The translations under genes were made by a program, and so were the position numbers. Below the pieces are notes generated by a model, which saw nothing but the letters and a program-made list of their open reading frames with translations, made no database searches and had not been told where the DNA came from. DNA of 64,000 nt from Carcharhinus amblyrhynchos (lineage: Eukaryota). Below, piece by piece: positions 28,931 through 40,030 of this stretch. Where the stretch lies: assembly GCA_965287045.1 (NCBI GenBank), contig OZ336887.1:21266001-21330000 (forward strand), in the 5' to 3' direction. Every line of letters begins with the position of its first letter. Positions within the stretch are counted from its first letter, which is position 1.

Positions 28931-29328
28931 TCAAAACATTAACTCCATTTCTCACCACAGATTCTGTCAGACATGCTGGGCAGGATTTTCCAGCCATAAG
29001 GCTGGAAATTTCCGCCTGAGGTCAATGGACCTTTGCATTGTCTGTCTGTGTATGCTGTGAGGAAGAGCAGCTGGAAGTTTTCCATACTATTTAACAGAAT
29101 AGTGCAGCGGGCCAGAAAAATGGGATGGAAGCACCTGGCCCCAAAAACAGTTTCCTCCGCCGTATTGTGAGCCTCTTAGAAAATAAATGGTAAGGGATGG
29201 GTCTTACACAGCCTGCCCAGCCAGCACTTTGTTTTTGAGAAGACTGTTTTTGAGAAGACTGTTTTTGAGAACTCACCATTAAAAGTGTTTTGGTATAATG
29301 CCAGGTCTATATACCTGGCATTATACCA
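28931..29328. repeat. Composite of locally copied segments: direct copy, inverted copies, tandem 15-mer and hairpin
   Basis: 28931-29036 matches 28017-28131; 29040-29244 matches revcomp 27109-27313; 29270-29291 equals revcomp 26737-26758; 16-bp stem at 29291-29328. Confidence 0.9.
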
Positions 29329-30769
29329 GCACTGAAAGTCAAACATAATATGTGTGCTAGGTACAATGTATTTTTCGACTGATGTCAGCATTGACTAATG
29401 GAAAATACAGCTTGCATTACCGCTTCATGATAGCAGTACAAAACACTTACATAACCTGTTGATCAAATTCAAGATATTTTGCCTTAACAGGGCCATTTAA
29501 GGGAGAGCAAGAACTTTTCTGGTCGTAAAGTAGCAACCTTTGGCTCATTTGCGCAATTCACAACATTACGGATATTCTGTAAAATCCAAAACAAAACGTC
29601 TACTGTTAGATGTGATTTGTGATTGGATAGCACTTGCTCAACAATCCTAAATGTGCTACTAGCCCCATTAACAGCTAATTCTGTAACATGGCTCATCTAC
29701 ATTTGTTAAAAACAACTTACATTCATATGCATCTACCTGTTCACTGCAAACAAAAGAAGTATATTCAAGCCTTTTCTGAATTACCCATAAGCATGGGAGT
29801 CTATAGTTGGGAAGCCAGAGTCACCTTGCCAACCAATCAGCATCTCTTCTCCCTGTTGTATAAATTGCTGTGATTATTTGAAATTTGGTATTCTTGCATT
29901 TGTCCCAATGAATTAATGGTGAAAAGTTTCAACGTTTCTCTTTTCAGCAATATTATTTAATCAATGGTCAATTGTGCTTTCAGTATGTGGATTGTATCCT
30001 AATCCATTTAAGTTTAAACAATGACAATTTCCTTTTCTGTGTTTGGATAGTCTTCGCTCAGCTTCTACTGAGCACAAGTCTGTAGCCTAAAATTGCTCCC
30101 TTATTTGTACTGATTTGCAAGTGAACAGATAGAAGTAAAGCTGATACAGGAAAACAGAATGTCATATTGATGTGGTATAAGTGACCTTCAGAGATTGGTT
30201 TTAAGCCACATTGACAAGAAATGCAGAGTGCTGTAATATTGAAGTTACATTTAACTTAGAATTTTTTTCAGAGGGTGTTTTACCCAGTCTCTCAGCTGTG
30301 CGGCACCTGATTCACAAATGTTTGCTTAACACTGACATTGGGCAAGTAAATTGAGAAGCAGTCTGTTTCACAACACTGCCTTACATTCACATTGAGAAGC
30401 AACATTTCCTGCTTGAACTACATTAAAGCCAAGTCAATGTGGACTTTTGGGCTGCAACTTTTCAAGCCCCCAAACTCACTTCAGAGGCATTGGCAAAGTG
30501 AGCAGCTTACTGAATATTTGTAGATGTTTCATCCAGTTTTTTTTAAACTGACTTTCATGAGTAGATGAAAACTTGCAGACAAAAAGCTTCCATTTACCAA
30601 CAAAATCCCATTAGTTGAGTGCTGCCATTTTTCTGATAAAGATAGTGTGGTCATCAATAGAAGAATGAAGGTGCAACGTTTTTATATATCTCCTAGTTTA
30701 TGGCTGATTGGTGGTATTGTCAGAGGCCTAGAAGTAAGGTGTTGGCACCCTGTGAAACTGAAGAGTGAT

Positions 30770-30997
30770 GTTAATCACAAAGGGGAGGATCACTACAGAA
30801 TGCTGGGTTACTGGATGATAAAGAGAAGGTGGTAAAGAACTCCAAGGTTCAATTGCTTTTGTGCTATTTGATGCTCTCTGGCTGACATAGATTAACATCA
30901 GAGAAATATATTTGACTTAAACTTTAACCCAAAGTGAATTTATTCATTTACTAAACAACACGTCAGGTTGGAATTTGATCTTAAAGAATTATAAATA
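30770..30997 (+). promoter_or_regulatory. Candidate SLC5A11 promoter: TATA box and HNF1-like motifs
   Basis: TATAAATA 30990-30997; GTTAATCACAAAG at 30770 and TTTATTCATTTAC at 30939-30951 each match GTTAATNATTAAC at 10 of 13 positions (counting N). Confidence 0.45.
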
Positions 30998-31019
30998 GAG
31001 CACATTTTCATCTGAGCCC

Positions 31020-31168
31020 TGTTAGGGGAGCAGCTCCCACTGGTATTGGAAGATTACTGCGTCTGTCTGTTCCCATGATAGCCCCTCACACACGAGTGCT
31101 GAGAAAGTGAACCTCAGTGTTACTGTGTAAAGAGTGTCTAAAGGTAAAACATTAGACCCGAAAGCCAG
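31020..31168 (+). other. Candidate non-coding first exon of SLC5A11 (start approximate)
   Basis: Begins about 25-30 nt after the TATA; donor CAG|gtaaga at 31168/31169 (alternative AAG|gtaaaa at 31143); candidate acceptor AG at 31308-31309 upstream of the ATG. Confidence 0.45.
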
Positions 31169-31358
31169 GTAAGATGTGTTACACTCAATCAACACTCTGA
31201 GATTATAGATATAACCTTAAGGCACCTTTATGTTTTACTAAGAGGAAGTTGTGATCATTTCATTTTTCCAATTATGAAATCCCATTTGATTCTCTTTTTT
31301 GAAAAAAAGGCTCAACAAAGCCTGAGATGTGGAGTTGAAGACCAAGATTCCTTTCGCC

Positions 31359-31490
31359 ATGGAGAAGACAACTAACACCCCAACCAGCACATTGGACTCT
31401 ACCCAACCTCCAACAGCACAAATGCTGGATGTGGCTGATATTGTGGTGCTGGTGGTATATTTAATATTTGTCTTGGCTGTTGGACTTTGG
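31359..31490 (+). CDS. SLC5A11: SLC5A11 coding exon 1 (MEKTT...DIVVLVVYLIFVLAVGLW)
   Basis: Strong Kozak gccATGG; TGG|gtaagg donor; 132 nt. Confidence 0.92.
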
Positions 31491-32249
31491 GTAAGGGCTC
31501 TGTTGACTGTAAGGCATTTTTTTTTAGTGTGGAGAATGGTGATGAATGGAATAATCATTAGTAGTTGTGTAAATCCTGCTGAACAGTGAAATGTTTGTGG
31601 CACACCCTGACTGAAGGGTGCTAGTGTGGGTGTGCCATGTTTGCACTGTAAATCTGCAGAGTCGGCAAATCATGATTTCAAATACTGCTTAATTGGTGCA
31701 TGGTCAGCTGTTTGTAGCTCGCAGGTCTTTCTTAATCACTCCCAGTTAAACAGATGTTTTGATCCCTATCCCTCTGTGGATACATGGCTTTACTACTCCT
31801 TTAAATTTCATAACTCAGACCTCCGGTGCATGTCCGAAAGGTTGTGTGCACTCGCTCTAATCAATTGCTCCATTTTCAGTCCCTGCCTTCAAACAAAGCC
31901 TTCTTGAGACTGTTTTAACAGCTCCTCTAGTAGTTCCCCTTTAAGATGGGCTGATAGCTTTTAAGAAGTGGAGGCTTGTTCTGTGTGATGTGCTTATGTC
32001 TCACACGCACTGGGCCCCTTGCTGAGCACTCAACCAGTCAGCAATGCATTTCGCACCTAGCTACATGCTACAATGAGGTTGATGAGCAGACAGCCTACAT
32101 ACTATTTGCTTCAATAGGACCAGGTGAGGAATGATTCTGCATTGCGATCCTTATGCCAATTGAGGCTACTGGAAATTTGCCCTCAGTGCAAGGAATTTAT
32201 GTGAAATCTTTAGAAAACCTGAACTGCAGTATTATGTTTAATTCTGGGT

Positions 32250-32660
32250 ATCACACATGCTAGGAATGTCAATGCATTAAGAAGGTACAAAAGGGATTAT
32301 TAGAATGGTCCCAGGGATGAGGGGACTTAAGATATGTGGAGAGACTGGAAAGGCTGGGATTGTTGTCCCCGGAACAGAGAATGTTAAGGGAAGATTTGAT
32401 CGAGGTTTTCAAAATTATGAGGAGTTTAGACAAAGTATGAAGGAGAAAGCAGGGTTGATGGCAGAAGACACAGAGTCAAGGTAAAACAAGGCAAAGGAAC
32501 TAGAGTCAACATAAGGAAAATAAAATATAATGTTTTTTAAATCTAAAATGCACTGATGAAAAGTTGAATAATAACTTTCAAAATGAAATTGAATAATAAT
32601 GAGTTTGGAGGAAAGAACAGAGCAGTGAGACTAGTTGGATGGTCAGAACAGGCCTGTTGA
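32250..32660 (+). mobile_element. Degenerate CR1-group LINE 3' fragment
   Basis: ALRRYK..RMVPGM, YVERLERLGLLSPEQRMLREDLIEVFKIM remnants. Confidence 0.75.
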
Positions 32661-32854
32661 CAAAGGAAAATCTTCTGTACGAAAATGGCAAGAATGGATT
32701 GCCTTCCAAGTCTTTTTCAGGATGTGGTGCAACAAACAATCCAGGTGGAGCACTGCACCACCTGGAGAACCAATAGATCATCATGCTGATTGTGACTTTA
32801 CCATCACTGGAATTAAATTATCTTGGATTAAGAATAATGTATTGTTTCTGTCAG

Positions 32855-32926
32855 TCTATGTGCAGAACAAATCGGAATACTGTCCAAGGCTATTTTCTAG
32901 CTGGGAAGGACATGGTATGGTGGCCG
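32855..32926 (+). CDS. SLC5A11: SLC5A11 coding exon 2 ([24 protein letters not shown])
   Basis: ctgtcag acceptor, gtgagt donor, 72 nt. Confidence 0.95.
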
Positions 32927-33017
32927 GTGAGTATTTTGGTTTGTGATCTCATTTGTTGACAGTAAGCTATTGAACTTGATGTTGCGCGTTTTGAGACTTC
33001 TTTCACTCTTCCATTAG

Positions 33018-33122
33018 ATTGGAGCATCGTTGTTTGCTAGCAATGTAGGAAGTGGTCATTTCATTGGATTGGCTGGCACAGGAGCAGCCTCTGGGATTGC
33101 AGTCAGCGCATATGAGCTCAAT
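33018..33122 (+). CDS. SLC5A11: SLC5A11 coding exon 3 ([20 protein letters not shown]...AYELN)
   Basis: ccattag acceptor, gtgagt donor, 105 nt. Confidence 0.96.
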
Positions 33123-33612
33123 GTGAGTTTCTTTAACACACTTGTTTTGTTTATGAGCCAATTTAGAAAGATTACTTATTTATAAAGGCTCCATCTTCCT
33201 TTTCCAGGTTGTGTTATGAGATTAGGAATATTGCTGTAGAATAATGCAAAGTTGCCAAATTGAAAGAGAGCAATTGTGCAATATTTATCCAAAGACCTTC
33301 ATGGCAAAGTATTTCTGTACTTAATCTATTCCCATTCTCACTCCTAAACTATTATATTTTGTAAATCACCAGTTTATGTAACAAGGGGTCACAAGAAACT
33401 TAAAACCTCTTACAATAATGCTGGTAAAAAGAACTGGTATAAACATGATGGGCTGAATGGTTTCATTCTATGTTGTATCATCCATTGATTCTATGAGCAG
33501 TAGAATTGGACATCTTATAATTCTACAATTCAACCTTTTATGTACTCTTGACCCACATACATTGACTGAACTGTAGGATTAGTGATACTTGTAACATAAG
33601 GAATAACAAAAT

Positions 33613-33701
33613 TTGAATAATAACTTTCAAAATGGTTATAATATTAGCCTGTTCCCAATCTACCTATTTGATATTGTTAACTTATTCATCTCAATTGTTA
33701 A
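33613..33701 (+). repeat. Composite local duplication (22 bp plus 69 bp)
   Basis: 33613-33634 identical to 32564-32585; 33633-33701 matches 34340-34408 at 67 of 69 positions. Confidence 0.9.
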
Positions 33702-34601
33702 AGTGATTGCCAAAATGAATATTTCAATTACTGATGAGATTCATTCAATCTCAGAATAGAGCCATCAAATCTGGACAGAGGAATAGGAAATGCAATGTGG
33801 CTAAATGAAGGACCCGAGTGTGTCCATCTAATGTAAGGCTATTGTTAACCAAACTAACCAGGTCATCTTAAGGATCACAAACAAATAAATAGGTTATTTA
33901 ACCATCTGAACTGATATTATAAAACTTGTAGCTACATAAATTACAACTTGCCTCAAAGTATAGCAAACAACTGATTGAAAATTGGTCTTTGGTTCACATG
34001 CTGATTGGATACAAACCTGGTCCACAGTCTACCATCCTTGTTATTATTGGCACAAAACTGAAATGCACAAATTATCAGTCACCACATTGTTTGGGGTCCC
34101 TTTGACATTGTGAGTTTTAGACCCATTTAAATGGAGGGTCTAACACCTGTTTCATCTCCCCTTGTTAAACCGGAACACGGCTAAAGATCATGGGTTAAGC
34201 TCCAAACTACAGCCTTCAGCACTCAATATAGGCTACCACTTTTAAGCAATCAGACGGTCCTTTGGACCCACACCCTGTCTACTTGTTCAGGTGGACATAG
34301 AAAATTCCATACCACTTTCTAAGTTCACATGAGCTCCCCTGGTTATAATATTAGCCTGTTCCCAATCTAGCTATTTGATATTGTTAACTTATTCATCTTA
34401 ATTGTTAATGTTTCACTCAGTACTCTGGAATAAATGCTATTCCTTTCTTGGATGTGATGCTGGGTTATGCAGTTCATAGCAGGCAATCACTTGGATTAGG
34501 AGTCACTGGGGTGAAGGTATTCTGAGGTAGTAGGACTATAATGCTCAGTAGAGAATCTTCTGGCACCATTTGTTGTAATTTCTCTACTTTTCCTTTTCTA
34601 G

Positions 34602-34661
34602 GGGATGATTATTCTGATCCTGTTGGCATGGTTTTTTCTTCCCATCTACATTGCAGCCGAG
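34602..34661 (+). CDS. SLC5A11: SLC5A11 coding exon 4 (GMIILILLAWFFLPIYIAAE)
   Basis: cttttctag acceptor, gtaaag donor, 60 nt. Confidence 0.95.
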
Positions 34662-36033
34662 GTAAAGCTTTTCAACAATGAATTGTTCGCTTCACTCACT
34701 GGAAAATTTCCTGTTCCCGCATTTATTTGATCCCTGTCGGATTCCTCCTAGGGATCAGTCCCTACAGCACAGAGTGTATATGAAGTAGCCTGGAGGTTAG
34801 ACAGGAAATCCCTTTCGTGGAATTACCTCCTAACTGGCACAATAGGTAATCTACATCCAGGCTAAGGCAGGTCTGACCAATTAGTTCGCCTTCTACCATC
34901 CAATCAATGTCAATGAAGAATTTGCATTACTATAAGGCATTTCACAATTTCAGGACACCCCAAAGACATTACAGCTAATTTTCTGAATTATCATTATTGT
35001 TGTAGGATTTATGCATAGAGTCCAAGAATGAACAATTTTTAAAAAGTTATGTTGGTTTAGGGGGCATAAAATAGTGTGGGAAGGCAGGGTTAATTTGCCT
35101 GTCATCTTGCTGCCACTAGGCCATCTTGCCAGCAGTGGGGAAGGTGGTGGGCCAGGCTTCTACCCAGAGCGCCACTTAAGTGGCCAATTAAGGATATTTT
35201 TCCACTGTTATAATGGCCAGCTGGACCAGGCAGCCCATCAGTCACTTTGGGACTGCCTTCCTATTTAGGCATTCTTTGGCCAATGGACAGAGTCCCAAAA
35301 ATCAAAGGTCAGCCCTCTATGGCAATAGTGCCATCTTCACTCACCAACTACCCCAGCCTATCTCTGGGGCTTGCCTGTCTGGCTCCAGTGCCCCCAGTTC
35401 CTTTTTACTTGATTATGAGAGCGTGGCTATGTATTGCATCATTTTCTTCTTGTGCTAATAGTGGCCACTTCCGATTAGGTGCTCTCACAAGTTGTCCAGA
35501 ACTGTGTGCGGTTCTGGACCATTCATAATAGGGAACGCATTAAACCATTTCAATGGCTGGTGCTGACAAAATGCAGTCCTGGGTCTCACAGATAAGGGTC
35601 ATACCTGCTTTTAGGCTCATTGGTGGAATTCTGATCAAGATGACTAAATCCAGCCCGGCATCTGACAGGTTAGCTCTACTTAACATTGGACAGTCAGCTT
35701 ACTATTCTGCTCAAGTCTCTAGAGTGGGGTTTGAACTCACAGCCTTCAGATTCCAAGCTAGAGTACTGAGTACCAAGCTAGAGTACCATGAGCCGTGACT
35801 GATGTAGAATCTATTTATTCCTGTCATGCCTGTCCTGAGCTGTAGTGGCCTCCTGTTATTCTCATGTATGGTCTGTTTCAATTTTTCCAACCTTGGATGA
35901 GCCTGTGATTCAATTTTGGTGTACAAATCCGTTGTTTCCAAAATATTTCAGATGGGTACTCTGTGCCCCTGCAAAAAAATACAAAATTCCTCATTTCACT
36001 CTGATTCCCATGTAATTTTCTCAGCTCTGTCAG

Positions 36034-36762
36034 TGTTACAATAGTGTGAGGGTATCAATCAGAAACCCCAAGGTATAATATGAAGTCAGACTAGATCCCA
36101 ACAATTTTCTATTTTGGCATTAGTGTGAGGATGTTTCTCTCCAAGTGCGATTCTACCGACAAACTGGGAAACTTTTATCAAAACAAACTTTATTTAACAA
36201 TACAATTTAACTATAACAAATGAATTAGTTTAATGTTTAATTAAACTATTCTTAAAATGGCAAGATACAAATCTGAACTGCAACCTGTCACAATGAGTTC
36301 CAATCAGGCAATATTTTTCTTATAGACTGAAACTCCTCCTTAAAAGTAGTTAGCAAAATGCAGGCATACTTGCTTGTACTTAGGGTACCAAGTTTAGAGT
36401 TTTCAGAAAGCCTTTGGAGAGAGAGAGAGAAAGAGAGAGAGACTCTGCTTTCTTCTGGCAGCCCAGGCAGCAACTACTTGTATTTTAAAATGAAAAGCTT
36501 TCTTTCCTGCAAGCTTAACTCCTCCCACTAACTATATCATTCTGTCAACCAATCTAGTCTAAAATTCCAGGAGAACTTAACTAAACAAAAGATCCATCAA
36601 CTCTACAAAGTAACACATTCCTAGCTAAAATCAATTATTAGCTTGCATTCTTAGCATCTGCTGCATGTTTACCAGGCAAATCAACTCTTGTAACAAAATA
36701 CTGCCTCTTAAAGTAATCCCACTTTACACATAAAATATACCAAAATAGCATGGTGTCATAGT
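36034..36762 (-). mobile_element. Possible solo LTR
   Basis: Starts TGTTACA, contains a minus-strand AATAAA and a GA tract; right boundary unclear. Confidence 0.3.
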
Positions 36763-36792
36763 AATAGAATTGAACATATTGTCTCTCTGCAG

Positions 36793-36897
36793 GTCACCAC
36801 TATGCCTGAATATTTACTTAAACGATTTGGAGGTCAAAGAATTCGGCTCTTTATTGCAATTCTTTATTTGTTCATCTATATATTCACAAAGATATCA
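36793..36897 (+). CDS. SLC5A11: SLC5A11 coding exon 5 ([14 protein letters not shown]...FTKIS)
   Basis: ctctctgcag acceptor, gtaagt donor, 105 nt. Confidence 0.96.
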
Positions 36898-37754
36898 GTA
36901 AGTATGCAATTTTGAAAAGACCAACTTGAAGATGGTGTAACAGCACTTCCAAGGGAGTAAAAACAGGATATTGCAAAATCTAGAGGACAGTCACATATGA
37001 TTAGCTCACACAAACTGAATGAATGTAACCCTAAATGAGTAAGAAAGAAATGAGCTAAAACTGCACATGTCCTGTAGGAAGACATGTTCCTCTGGTATTC
37101 CCAACATTGAGGAACAGATTAAGTTAAAGAAGCAAAGAGAAATATGTAAATAAGTGAAACAAAATGGGGCAGTGTAACTGGCAAATAACGGGTATCAACA
37201 CAGGGTGGGTGTGTGTGATTAGAACTACCATATGTGTGAAGAATAGGCACTATGCGGTGACTCTTATATCGAAGAAAGAAAGATGGTGGCATAGTGATGA
37301 TGTCACTTGACCACAGCAGCTGATGGAATTTAAATTCAATTAATAATTAAATCTGGAATTAAAAGCTATCCCCAGTAATGGTGCCCATGAAACTATCGTT
37401 AATTGTTATCTGGTTCACGAATGCTCTTTAGGGAAGGAAATTCACAGCTCTTACCCCCATGTGGCTTCAGATGCACAACAATATAGGTGAGTCTTAACTA
37501 TCCTCTGAATTGGCCTAGTAAATCAATTAGTTATAACGATTTCCTACAAAGTCAAAATAGAAATAGAACACATCAGACCACTTAGCATTGATCTAGGCAC
37601 CAGAAATGACAACAGCATCGTGAGTCCTGCAAAGTCTTACAAAGTAATTTTACAAAGCCCTGCTTATTAACAGTTAGGACTTGTGTCAAAATTGACAAAG
37701 CTGTTCCATGGACTAGTAAAACAATGGCCTGACATAGCCATACTCATGGAATCA

Positions 37755-38056
37755 GGACAGCACAGTGGTTAACACTGCTGCCTCACACTGCCAGGGATCC
37801 GCGTTCAATTCTAGCCTTGGGTGACTGTGTGGAGTTTGCACATGGTCTTATGTCTGTGTGGGTTTCATCAGGATGCTCCAGATTCCTTCCACAGTTCCAA
37901 GATGTGCATATTAGTTGGATTGGCCATGGTAAATGCGTGGAGTTACAGGGATAGGGCAGGGGAGTGGGCCTGGGTAAGATGCTTTTTTGGAGAGTCGGTG
38001 CAGACTTGATGGGCTAAATGACCTCCTTCTTCACTGTAGGGACTTTGTGGATTCTA
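37755..38056 (+). mobile_element. HE1-like SINE
   Basis: cacagtggttaacactgctgcctcac head and shared core and tail. Confidence 0.8.
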
Positions 38057-38059
38057 TAA

Positions 38060-40030
38060 CAAATGTAACTCCAACATTCAAGAAAGGGGGGAAAAAATGG
38101 AAAGCAGGAAATTAAAGACCAATTATCTGTCACAGGGAACATGTGAGAAGCTATCATTTATCATTGGATAAATTCAAGATAATCAGGTAGTGTCAGCGTG
38201 GTTTTGTGAAAGGAGAAGGGAGGTCTTGCTGCAGCTGTGTAGGGCATTGGTGAGGCCGCAGCTGGAGTACTGTGTGCAGTTTTGGGCGCCGCACCTGCGC
38301 AAAGATATTTTGGCCTTGGAGGGAGTGCAGAGGAGGTTTACTAGGCTGATACCGGAGTTGAGGGGGTTGAGCTATGAGGAGAGGCTGAATAAACTGGGCT
38401 TGTACTCGTTAGAGTTTAGAAGAATGAGGGGAGATCTCATTGAGACGTATAAGATGATGAATGGGATGGATAGGATAGAGGTGGAGAGACTCTTCCCGCT
38501 CAAAAAAGACAGTAGGACTAGGGGGCACAGCCTCAAGATAAAAGGGGGGCGGTTTAGAACGGAGTTGAGGAGGAACTTCTTCACTCAAAGGGTGGTGAAT
38601 CTCTGGAATTCTCTGCCCGTTGAAGTGGTGGAGGCTGCCTCGCTAAATATTTTTAAGACACGGGTTGATGGGTTTTTGATAAGAGAGGGGATTAAGGGTT
38701 ATGGGGAGAAAGCGGGAAAGTGGAACTGAGCAGCGACAGATCAGCCATGATCGTATTGAATGGCGGGGCAGGCTCGAAGGGCTAGATGGCCTACTCCTGC
38801 TCCTATTTCTTATGTTCTTATGTTCTTATGAGAAGCACGTTTAACCAACTTATTGGAAGTTCTTTGAGGAAGTAACATATGTTATGGATAAATGGGAACC
38901 ATTTATGTCCTAAGATTTCCAGAAGGCATTTGATAAAGGCAAAGATTATTGCAGAAAATAAACACTCATGATATAGGGGGTAACATATTGGCATGGATAG
39001 AAGTTTGGCTGGCTAAAATTAACCACAGAGTAGGCATATATAGGTCTTTTTCAGGTTGGCAAGATGTAACGAGTGTGTACCACAGGGATCAGTGCTGTTT
39101 ACTACTGAATGAAGGGATGGATAACGAATATCCTGATGACACAAAGATAGGTAAGAAGGTAAGTTGTGAATAGATACCAGATATGCTGATGTCAAAGATA
39201 AGTAAGCTGCGAAGAGGATCTAAGGAGGTTATAAAAAGAAATAGATAAGTTGAGTGAGTAAAGATCTGGTAAATGGAGTATGTGAAAAAATGTGAAAGTC
39301 AATTTTGGTAGGAAGAATAAAAGAAAATTTTATTATTTAAAGGTGAAACAAATGCAGAGCTCTGAGTTGTAGAGGAATCACAAAAGGCCATTATATAGTT
39401 TCAGTAAGTAATTAGGAAAGCTAATAGAAAGTCATAATTTATTGCAAGGCGAATTGAATACAAAAGTAGGGAGGCCGTGCTTCTGTTATATACAGACCAC
39501 TGGTGAGACTGCATCTGGTACTGTGTATGGTGTTTGTTACCTTATTTAAGGAAAGATGTTGGTGGGGGATGGGTACGGGTAGGCATGTTCTCTTGTGAGG
39601 AAATACTGAACAGACTTGGCTTATATTTACTGGAGTTTAAAAGAATAAGAGGTGACTTGATTGAAACATAAAACATCTTGAAGGATCTTAACAAGGTAGA
39701 TGTGGAGAGGATGTTGTATCTTGTGAGAGAATCTAGAATTAGGGATCACTGCTTTCAAAAAGGAGTCACCTATTTAAAATGAAGATGAGGAGAAATTGTT
39801 TTTCTCAGAGGGTCGTGTACTTGGAACTCTCTTCCTGAAAAAGTAATAAAAGCAGGGTCTTCAATTATTTTTAAGGTAGAGGTAAGTAGATTCTTGGAAA
39901 GCAAGGCAGAGATAAATTATTGGGGGTACGTGGAATTCAGATTTAAAGTTTCTATCAGATCAGCCATGATCTTATTAAATGGCAGAGCAGGCTGGAGGGG
40001 CCTAATAGCTGACTTCTGCTCCTTGTTTAT
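38060..40030 (+). mobile_element. Old CR1-group LINE (RT to 3' tail), interrupted by a young CR1 copy
   Basis: NVTPTFKKG, GFVKG|..LTN, DFQKAFDK and PDDTKIG remnants; tail cagatcagccatgatc at 39956. Confidence 0.85.
38219..38829 (+). mobile_element. Young 5'-truncated CR1-group LINE with a 6-bp TSD
   Basis: Uninterrupted ORF2 C-terminus to the stop at 38729; (TTCTTATG)n tail; GAGAAG at 38213-38218 and 38830-38835. Confidence 0.92.

Noticed and set aside
27059-29279. Near-identical short ORFs (SSQKQ..GWA.CVRPI.YH.FSKRLTIR) as a duplicated peptide gene
   Set aside because: A by-product of the inverted duplication; the ORFs differ in their starts and show no splice or homology support.
28240-29955. 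Inverted pair 28240-28445 / 29790-29955 as TIRs or as part of the patchwork
   Set aside because: Much more diverged, with indels and no TSD; more simply two independent copies of a dispersed repeat.
31329-31358. N-terminal extension shown in the ORF track
   Set aside because: It starts at GTG; the ATG at 31359 has a strong Kozak context and gives the expected N-terminal length.
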